From a virus (taxonomy: Duplodnaviria; Caudoviricetes), in the IMG/VR virus record IMGVR_UViG_3300011264_000008, positions 1 through 29,370 of that record: a stretch of DNA of 29,370 bases. The stretch is one strand, 5' to 3'. The notes under the pieces were generated by a model, which searched no databases, had not been told where the DNA came from, and saw only the letters and a list, made by a program, of their open reading frames with translations. Positions 22,630 through 29,370 of the stretch are shown here, piece after piece (positions within the stretch are counted from its first letter, which is position 1; the number at the start of each line of letters is the position of its first letter). Both the position numbers and the translations under genes were made by a program.

Positions 22630-23067
22630 ATGCCGCTCTCACATGCCGCTCTGACCGCGCGTATCACGCATTCCACCCTGGACATTGAAGGGGAAACGCT
22701 CAACGTAGACTGGTATCCCAAGCGCCTGACCTCCGAGATGATGCATCGCGTGGGCGAAACATCCACCCGGCGGCTGGCGGATATGAGCGTGGCGGAGACG
22801 CTGGCGGCCATAGACACCGCCGCTGAATCGCTGGCGCAACTCGTGGGGGGCTGGGACTTCTACGAATACATCGACGAGGACGGGACACCGGGGCCGGTGA
22901 TCGAGCCGACGCTGGAACGCTTGCGGCAGTGTAGTATCGAGCTGCTGTGGGCCATCTTCAATGCGCTCTTAGGCGAGACGCGCATGGGGGAAGCGAACGG
23001 GACATCACCACAAGCGCGCTCACGCGCTTCTTCCTCCACGGTCACGAGAGGTGGCTCGCGCCGCTAG
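22630..23067 (+). CDS. tail assembly chaperone (gpG-like)
   Basis: Between tube and tape measure genes; contains slippery site G GGG GAA. Confidence 0.85.
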   Translation: MPLSHAALTARITHSTLDIEGETLNVDWYPKRLTSEMMHRVGETSTRRLADMSVAETLAAIDTAAESLAQLVGGWDFYEYIDEDGTPGPVIEPTLERLRQCSIELLWAIFNALLGETRMGEANGTSPQARSRASSSTVTRGGSRR

Positions 23068-23231
23068 GCGGTGATGTCCCTGACTGGTTTGCGCGTATCG
23101 AGATGGCGCGCCACCTGGGCGTGCCGCCTGACTGGTTTGACGACAAGCCGCTCATCTGGCAAGATTGGGCGTTCGTCTCACTGAGCGTGACGCGCGCCGT
23201 CGAGCGCGGGCCACAGAAGAGCGAAGGCTAG
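22630..23231 (+). CDS. tail assembly chaperone, -1 frameshifted long form (gpGT-like)
   Basis: GGGGGAA at 22986-22992 shifts into the frame GSERDITTSALTRFF...ARHLGVPPDW ending at 23231. Confidence 0.85.
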
Positions 23232-23238
23232 CGGCGGA

Positions 23239-23565
23239 CTAGTGGCCGCCGCCATTGCCGGCGAGCGCGCCAAGAATCGCCAGCACGATCACCACCGCGC
23301 CCACCACGGCCCAGCCACGCCAGCCGTAGCGCGCCGTGAGCCATGACGCGCCGCGCGCCGTCGCCTTCGCACTCCACATGCTCGCCTGCCACGTCCAGCG
23401 CCAGAGCGCCGCACTGGCCTGCCATGTCCATTGCGCCAGCTTCCACAGCGCCATCGCGGCTATCCCTAGCCAGCCAAACAAGACGAATACCAGCGCCGTC
23501 ACCAGACAACCGCCGGGCTGCTGCTTGACGATGATAACCGGCTGCTGGGAATTGGGTTGCGCCAT
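23239..23565 (-). CDS. membrane protein moron on the opposite strand
   Basis: AGAGGAG RBS; MAQPNSQQPVIIVKQQPGGCLVTALVFVLFGWLG...; two hydrophobic segments; TATGCT -10 candidate at 23641-23646 on the minus strand. Confidence 0.75.
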   Translation of the reverse strand: MAQPNSQQPVIIVKQQPGGCLVTALVFVLFGWLGIAAMALWKLAQWTWQASAALWRWTWQASMWSAKATARGASWLTARYGWRGWAVVGAVVIVLAILGALAGNGGGH

Positions 23566-23684
23566 CGGGGGTGCTCTCCTCTCACGTCGCACACTTGCTA
23601 CGTTCCTGTGGGGCAGCGTGGGGCCGCTTGCCTCTCACACAGCATACGTCTAGCCCACAAGCCCCGTAACTGAGGGACACCACA

Positions 23685-25856
23685 ATGGCGACGACCGCAG
23701 CGCAGCTTCAAATTGTCGTAACTGCGGACACCGACAGGGCTGAGCGCGGGCTCAAGGGCGTCTCTGACGAGACGGACAAAGCCGATAAGCATACGCATGG
23801 CTTCCTGGACACGCTCAGCGGCTACGTCGGCGGCGCGGCCATCGTCAACGCGGCGGGCGCGGCCTGGACGTTCCTGAAGGGCCAGGTACAGGACAGCTTT
23901 AGCGCGGGCATGGAGGCGAACGCCGTCATGGCGCAGACGGTGGCGGGGCTGAAATCCACCCACGACGCCAGCGGCCAGACGGCGCAATCCATCCAAGACC
24001 TCGCCACACGCATCATGAACCTGTCCGGCATTGACGATGACGCCGTCCAGACAGCGAGCAACATGCTCTTGACATTCACAAATATCGGTCGCTCGGTTTT
24101 TCCCCAGGCGACGCAAGCCGCCGCCGATATGGCGACGAAGATGAACGGCGGCATGATTCCTAGCGCGCAGCAGATGCAACAGCAGAGCCTCTTGCTCGGT
24201 AAGGCGCTCAACGACCCGTTGAAGGGTATTACCGCGCTCACCCGTGAGGGCGTCACGTTTAGCGACCAGCAGAAGCAACAAATCGCGCTGATGATACGGC
24301 ATGGCGACGTGGCGGGCGCGCAGGGCGTCATCCTGAAAGAGTTGAACAAGGAGTTCGGCGGCGCGGCGTCAGCGGCGGGCGCGGCGAACGGCGGGATCGG
24401 TATTCTCATCGCCAAGTTCAATAACATGAAGGAGACGCTCGGCCAGGCGCTTATCCCCATCCTGGCCAAACTCCTGACCGCGCTTCAGCCCGTCACGGAC
24501 GCGTTGATGAACGGGCTATCACAGGCCATCGCTGGCATAGACCCGCTCTTCGACAGTCTCGGCAAGGTCATGAGTGGACTACCCGCGCATCAGTTGGGCT
24601 TCATGCTGGGCATTGTGCGTGACGCGGCTGCGGACATGGGCAGGCAACTCCAGGGCGCGGCGCTGCCTGTCCTCAAGCAATTGGGCGCGTTCTTCACGCA
24701 AGACCTCTTGCCCGCCGTGTCGGATTTCGCGGGCTTCGCCGCCTCCACCCTGATTCCGATGTTTGGCGAGATTGGCAAATTCATTCTCTCGACGGTCGCG
24801 CCCGCGCTCATCAAACTGGGTGGCTTCATCACCACCACCGTCCTGCCCGCCGTGATGCAGCTTGTCGCCTGGTTTCGCGCCAACGTCCTGCCCGTGCTGA
24901 TGACGCTCGTATCGGTTGTACTCACCAACGTCCTGCCGGTGCTGGAAGGGCTAGCGAAGACGTTTCTGGAGAAAGTCTTGCCGCCGATTCAGCGCATCGT
25001 GGGCTATATCCTGCCCGTGCTCATTCCGGCATTCCAGGCTATCGGCTGGGTCGTACAAAACGTGGTCGGGCCTATCCTCAATTTCCTACTGACCGTGCTG
25101 GGCTGGCTGCTCGACAAGCTAGCTGACCTCGTGGGCGCTATCGCCACGCACGTGGGCCCGATATTCCAGCGGTTTGGCACGTGGCTCCATGACGCCGCAA
25201 CCAAGGTGGGCAATTTCCTGGGCGCTATCGGCACGGCGTTTCTCAGCATCCCGCAGCGCATCCGGGCCGGGCTGATTCTCGCACGCGGTCACATCGTCGC
25301 CTGGATTGCGGAGGCGCAAGTCAAGTTTGACGCCTTCGTGAAGCAAGCCGAGGATTGGGGCAAGAACCTGATTCAGAACCTCATCAACGGCATTACCAGC
25401 AAGTTTGGCGACCTCAAAAAAGCCGCAAGCGACGCGATGGACAAAATCAAGAACCTGCTCGGCTTCCACTCACCCGCCAAAGAAGGCCCAGGCTCCGACG
25501 CCGACACGTGGGCGCCCAACCTGATGCGCATGTTCGCGGGCGGGATCACCGACGCGACCCCCGCGCTAGCGGCGGCGGCGGCCTCAGCGGTGTCAGGCGT
25601 GCGGGCGGCGCTCACTGGCGCGGGCGGCTCCCTGTCCCTCTCATCGGGCGGCGTGAGCGCATCCAGCGCGGCGGGCCTCGTCTCGGCTTCACCCGCTGCG
25701 CTGGCGGCGCAGCAGATCGCCGCGACCGTCGCATCAGGCGGCGCGGGGAGCAATCGCCCGCTAGTCATCCAGTTAGACGGCGAGACGATGGGCTTTGCGC
25801 TCCTGCCGCACATCGGCAACGCGGCGCGCATCATGACCGGCGATGTCACGCTGTAG
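23685..25856 (+). CDS. tail tape measure protein
   Basis: 723 aa, helical and Ala-rich; LGKALNDPLKGITALTREGVTF; periodic aromatic/Pro repeats; LGFHSPAKEGP. Confidence 0.95.
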   Translation: MATTAAQLQIVVTADTDRAERGLKGVSDETDKADKHTHGFLDTLSGYVGGAAIVNAAGAAWTFLKGQVQDSFSAGMEANAVMAQTVAGLKSTHDASGQTAQSIQDLATRIMNLSGIDDDAVQTASNMLLTFTNIGRSVFPQATQAAADMATKMNGGMIPSAQQMQQQSLLLGKALNDPLKGITALTREGVTFSDQQKQQIALMIRHGDVAGAQGVILKELNKEFGGAASAAGAANGGIGILIAKFNNMKETLGQALIPILAKLLTALQPVTDALMNGLSQAIAGIDPLFDSLGKVMSGLPAHQLGFMLGIVRDAAADMGRQLQGAALPVLKQLGAFFTQDLLPAVSDFAGFAASTLIPMFGEIGKFILSTVAPALIKLGGFITTTVLPAVMQLVAWFRANVLPVLMTLVSVVLTNVLPVLEGLAKTFLEKVLPPIQRIVGYILPVLIPAFQAIGWVVQNVVGPILNFLLTVLGWLLDKLADLVGAIATHVGPIFQRFGTWLHDAATKVGNFLGAIGTAFLSIPQRIRAGLILARGHIVAWIAEAQVKFDAFVKQAEDWGKNLIQNLINGITSKFGDLKKAASDAMDKIKNLLGFHSPAKEGPGSDADTWAPNLMRMFAGGITDATPALAAAAASAVSGVRAALTGAGGSLSLSSGGVSASSAAGLVSASPAALAAQQIAATVASGGAGSNRPLVIQLDGETMGFALLPHIGNAARIMTGDVTL

Positions 25857-25874
25857 GCAACCGAAGGAACGCCC

Positions 25875-28220
25875 ATGTATGCCGTCATTGGCGGGCAAAC
25901 CGTCACCATCGATCATGGCAGCGTGCGTGGGGACGCGCAGATCGGCCAGCGGGCGCGCCTGTCCTTCAAGGTCATAGACGAGTCCCACGCCTACACCTTC
26001 ATGGAAGGCTCACAGGCGCTCCTCTATGACGCCAACGGCAATCTCCTGTTGTCGCGCTGGGTCGCGTCATCCAAGTGGCGGCGCATGTCCCAAGCGGGCC
26101 TGCTCTCCCATAGCCTGACCTGCCGGGACAACACCTACCTGGCGGATAAGCGGCTGGCCGCCACCACGTATGCCAGCCAAACCGCGCAATTCATCGTCAA
26201 TGACCTCATCGCGCAGTACCTGGCGGCGGAAGGCGTCTACGGCGTCCGCAACCTGCTGAGCGTCAACCAGTCCAGCGTTGAGACGGATACGACCGGCTTC
26301 ACGCTGGTCGGAACCGGCACGACACTGACGCGCGACACTACGACGGCCTGGGCGGGCCTGGCGTCGCTGAAAGTGGTCACACCGGGCACGGTGGCGTTTG
26401 AGGGCGCTATCGCCTACCTGCCCAGCACGGCCTACGTCGCGGGCATGCGCTACACGTTCTCCTGCTACGCCAAGGGCAGCGGCAACGTCGTCTTGTTCGC
26501 CTTCTCCTCTGGCACGGGTACGGCGCTGGGCGTCAGTCCCGCGCTCACGCTCACCTCATCCTGGCAACGCCTCAAGCTGACTATCACCATGCCGTCGAGC
26601 CTGAGCGGCAACTACGGCCTGCGGGTGAGCGTCAACGGCACGGCGGCGGACACCTTCAATATTGATGGGTTGATGATTGAGCCTGACCCGCAGGGCATCG
26701 GGCCAAACGTGTGGGAGGTGGGCCAACTGTCCACCGTCACGGGCGCGGGCGTCACCATCGGCGCATTCACCAGCAACTACGCGCAGGTATCCGCCTGTCT
26801 GGACGCCATCTGTCAGAAAGCGCAGGGCTACGCCTGGTGGATTGATGAGGCGCGGCGGCTCTACTTCGCCACGTCCAGCCCCAATACGCCGCCGGTCAGC
26901 ACGGTTGATGACACGATCATTGAGCGCGATACCGAGAGCGCCTCACACGGCAACACCCAATACCGCAATACGCAGTACATGCTTGGCGGCACGGCGCAAA
27001 CCGCCAGCCTCACCAACACCCGTCAGGGTGACGGCAAGTTGACCGCGTTCGCGATGGACTACGCGTTGGCGAGCGCGCCCACGATCACGCTCAACGGCGG
27101 CGCGCAGACCGTGGGCTATCTGGGCAAAGACAGTGGGAAGAATTGGTACTGGCAGCAAGGCTCAAACTTCATCACCCAGGACAGCGGGGGAACGAAGCTC
27201 ATTTCCACCGACACGCTGAGCGTGACGTATGTGGGCCAGTACGACAACATCACCATCGCGCAGGACGCGGGCGGCGTGGCGGACAGGCAGGCGCGGGAGG
27301 GCGGCTACACTAGCGGCATTGTGGAGGCGGTGGCCACCGATACCACGCTCACCACGACCTCCGATGGCTTCGCCGCCGCCGCTGGCTATCTGGCGCGCTA
27401 CAGCCAGGATACGCAAACGCTCGATTTCATGACCATCACGGCGGGCTTCCTGCCCGGTCAGGCGGTGACGGTCAACATCCCCGGCTTGAATCTCAACAGC
27501 GTGGCGATGGTGATTGAATCCGTAACGGTCAGTGATAGCGGCCCCATCGGCGCGGAGGTGGCGCAGCTTTACTACACCGTCAAGGCCGTCGCTGGCCCGC
27601 TCAGCCAGCGCGGCGCGCGGTTCTGGAAAGCCCTGGCGCAACAGGCGCGGCAAATCCAGATTGACAGTATCAACGTCGGGACAAGCGGGCTGGTGAGCAT
27701 CCTGCAATCCGGTACCGTCACGTGGACATGGACGGTCACAGGCAATGCCACCGTCCGCACGCTGCAATTTCCCAGCGCGACGCTCTACCCTAGCGCGACG
27801 TTGTACCCCGGTGGAACGGCAGGGACTCCTACGGCTATCACATGGACAAAAACGCAAGCGGCCTTGAACGCGCTGCGCGACGCGCTCTCTGGCGTGGGCG
27901 CGGCCCCAGCCGCCGCCTACATCGCCTGGGGCACGGGCACACAGGGCACGCCCGCCACCGCCACGCACCTGGCCAATGAGGTGGGGCGCAAGGCCATCCT
28001 GCCGATTACCAATGGGGCCAGCGTCGGTGAGGAGATCATTAGCGGCTACATCGGGCCGACTGACGCGGTGGGTGTGGCGATCACCGAAGTGGCCTTCTTC
28101 GGCGGCGCATCCGCCAGTGGGACGGCCAATAGCGGAACGATGCTGCTCTACGGCCTCTACTCGCACACCCACACCAATGCTGAGAGCATCACCGTAACCG
28201 CTGATTCCACCTTTAGCTAA
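25875..28220 (+). CDS. tail tip/hub protein with CBM-like insertion and extra C-terminal module
   Basis: Follows the tape measure; WWIDEARRLYF, YRNTQY, GFLPGQAVTVNIP hub-like motifs; NLL...YTFSCYAKG...WQRL...IDGLMIE CBM-like block. Confidence 0.8.
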   Translation: MYAVIGGQTVTIDHGSVRGDAQIGQRARLSFKVIDESHAYTFMEGSQALLYDANGNLLLSRWVASSKWRRMSQAGLLSHSLTCRDNTYLADKRLAATTYASQTAQFIVNDLIAQYLAAEGVYGVRNLLSVNQSSVETDTTGFTLVGTGTTLTRDTTTAWAGLASLKVVTPGTVAFEGAIAYLPSTAYVAGMRYTFSCYAKGSGNVVLFAFSSGTGTALGVSPALTLTSSWQRLKLTITMPSSLSGNYGLRVSVNGTAADTFNIDGLMIEPDPQGIGPNVWEVGQLSTVTGAGVTIGAFTSNYAQVSACLDAICQKAQGYAWWIDEARRLYFATSSPNTPPVSTVDDTIIERDTESASHGNTQYRNTQYMLGGTAQTASLTNTRQGDGKLTAFAMDYALASAPTITLNGGAQTVGYLGKDSGKNWYWQQGSNFITQDSGGTKLISTDTLSVTYVGQYDNITIAQDAGGVADRQAREGGYTSGIVEAVATDTTLTTTSDGFAAAAGYLARYSQDTQTLDFMTITAGFLPGQAVTVNIPGLNLNSVAMVIESVTVSDSGPIGAEVAQLYYTVKAVAGPLSQRGARFWKALAQQARQIQIDSINVGTSGLVSILQSGTVTWTWTVTGNATVRTLQFPSATLYPSATLYPGGTAGTPTAITWTKTQAALNALRDALSGVGAAPAAAYIAWGTGTQGTPATATHLANEVGRKAILPITNGASVGEEIISGYIGPTDAVGVAITEVAFFGGASASGTANSGTMLLYGLYSHTHTNAESITVTADSTFS

Positions 28221-28241
28221 TCAGGGATAACCAGGGAGGGC

Positions 28242-28661
28242 ATGCGCCATATGACGGTCGTGACCTGGCAAGACTCGCCATCTACCGCCACACCAGTGGA
28301 CGCGGCGGAACTCAACGCGGCCTTCGCGGGCTGTATGCAAGCCGATGGCACCGTGACCGCCACCGCGACACAGAAAATCAGCGTCACGATGAGCGGCGCC
28401 AATAAGGTCGTACAGCAGTGGATCGCCACCGATGGCAAGACCTACGGGCTGGTGTTGACCACCACGAATGGCCTGCGCATCTCAAATATCACCGATAACG
28501 TCATCATCGCGGAGTTCGGCCCCGGCGCGGGCGCCATGACGCTCAACGGCGCGACTGTGCCAACCGTGGGCGCGCACAGCACAAGCGCCTTCACGCTCTC
28601 AGCGGGCGCGGGCGCGCCTGCCACGCTGGCGACGGGCGAGATTTACTTCCAACTCAGCTAG
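28242..28661 (+). CDS. minor tail protein
   Basis: GGGAGG RBS; TWQDSPSTATPVDAAELN start typical of tail-fibre anchors; GEIYFQ C-terminus. Confidence 0.7.
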   Translation: MRHMTVVTWQDSPSTATPVDAAELNAAFAGCMQADGTVTATATQKISVTMSGANKVVQQWIATDGKTYGLVLTTTNGLRISNITDNVIIAEFGPGAGAMTLNGATVPTVGAHSTSAFTLSAGAGAPATLATGEIYFQLS

Positions 28662-28681
28662 CGGTGTGAGGCGGTGGCGCG

Positions 28682-29370
28682 ATGAGTACTGGCCCGTCCT
28701 TCTACATCAACGCGCCCGTCAGTGGCACGCAGTATTGGTCGCCGATGGGCTACGGCTGTATCCCGTCCAATGGCTCTACCCTGACCTGTGTGGTCAAGGC
28801 GTGGAGTGGCAGCAACGGCACGGGCCATCTTGTCACCACCACGACGCTGACGGCCTACGCCTGGGATCAAACGAGCAACACCGCCAAGACGAGCTTCACC
28901 GGCTCAGGCAATAACAGCGTCCAGACTTCGACAACCAGCTTCAATGGCTCCGACTGGTGTAAGCCATCGGGCAAATACACGGGTAGCGGCGTCGGCTCGC
29001 TGGAGATGTACCTCGTCTATAGCGGCGCGGCGTTTGTGCCAACCGGCATCACGTTCACGCCCGCGCAGGGCAGCGCCGGTACCAGCGTCGCGCTCAGTGG
29101 CTCGCACTTCACCGACGCGACGGTGGTCAGATTCAACGGCACGGCGGCCAGCTTCACCGTCAACAGCGACACCTCGATTACGGCTACCGTGCCCAGCGGC
29201 GCGACGGCTGGCCCCATCAGCGTAGGCAACCAGTCAGGCACCGGCACATCCAGCGCGTCATTTGAGCCGGGGGCCATTTGGGACGGCACAGGCGGCGTGA
29301 CACAGCCCGTCGCCATCTGGACAAACAACGGCGCGGGGCCGGTGCAGATCGTCGGCGTGTGGGCGCCGGA
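28682..29370 (+). CDS. IPT/TIG (Ig-like) domain tail protein, truncated by window end
   Basis: Read manually from ATG 28682: FTPAQGSAGTSVALSGSHFTDATVVRFNGTAASFTVNSDTSITATVPSGATAGPISV; no stop before the window end. Confidence 0.85.
   Translation, partial: MSTGPSFYINAPVSGTQYWSPMGYGCIPSNGSTLTCVVKAWSGSNGTGHLVTTTTLTAYAWDQTSNTAKTSFTGSGNNSVQTSTTSFNGSDWCKPSGKYTGSGVGSLEMYLVYSGAAFVPTGITFTPAQGSAGTSVALSGSHFTDATVVRFNGTAASFTVNSDTSITATVPSGATAGPISVGNQSGTGTSSASFEPGAIWDGTGGVTQPVAIWTNNGAGPVQIVGVWAP

Noticed and set aside
12610-28661. Stop-codon reassignment or amber readthrough suggested by frequent TAG stops
   Set aside because: Genes are full length under code 11, TAGs fall at expected gene ends, and the capsid TAG is followed by a second in-frame TAG.
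28666-28914. ORF 28666-28914 from the ORF track
   Set aside because: The credible gene is in another frame from ATG 28682 (IPT/TIG domain) and runs off the window end.
11346-29328. Many long minus-strand ORFs opposite structural genes (e.g. 27162-28172, 23598-24302, 15475-16164)
   Set aside because: Antisense shadows expected from high-GC codon bias; they lie opposite well-supported genes.
25875-29370. Diversity-generating retroelement target
   Set aside because: No reverse transcriptase and no template/variable repeat pair with adenine-specific mismatches seen in this window.

Overview
This GC-rich window is a continuous piece of a tailed dsDNA phage or prophage (HK97-type head, siphovirus-type tail) with almost every gene on the + strand. 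The host cannot be determined from sequence alone. Bases 1-10330 are a mosaic of small early/middle genes: ASCH domain, an orphan HicA-like protein, zinc fingers, an ABA-sandwich-like protein, a short serine recombinase, an MmcB-like nuclease, an XRE HTH, an excisionase-like HTH and a possible late regulator. Bases 10786-29370 are the morphogenesis operon, from TerS through the tape measure and tail-tip proteins. The most unusual signals are: (1) a 108-nt tRNA-shaped element whose anticodon loop is replaced by two tandem hairpins, lying between 30-bp direct repeats of a head-closure gene end; (2) a ~400-nt multibranched structured non-coding region just upstream of terS; (3) a likely programmed -1 frameshift (C CCT TTC) fusing portal to a MuF-like protein; (4) alternating junction repeats delimiting early gene cassettes; (5) a DnaA box followed by three 11-bp-phased repeats. 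Product calls come from motif recognition and synteny, and RNA pairings were worked out by hand; no searches or folding programs were run.
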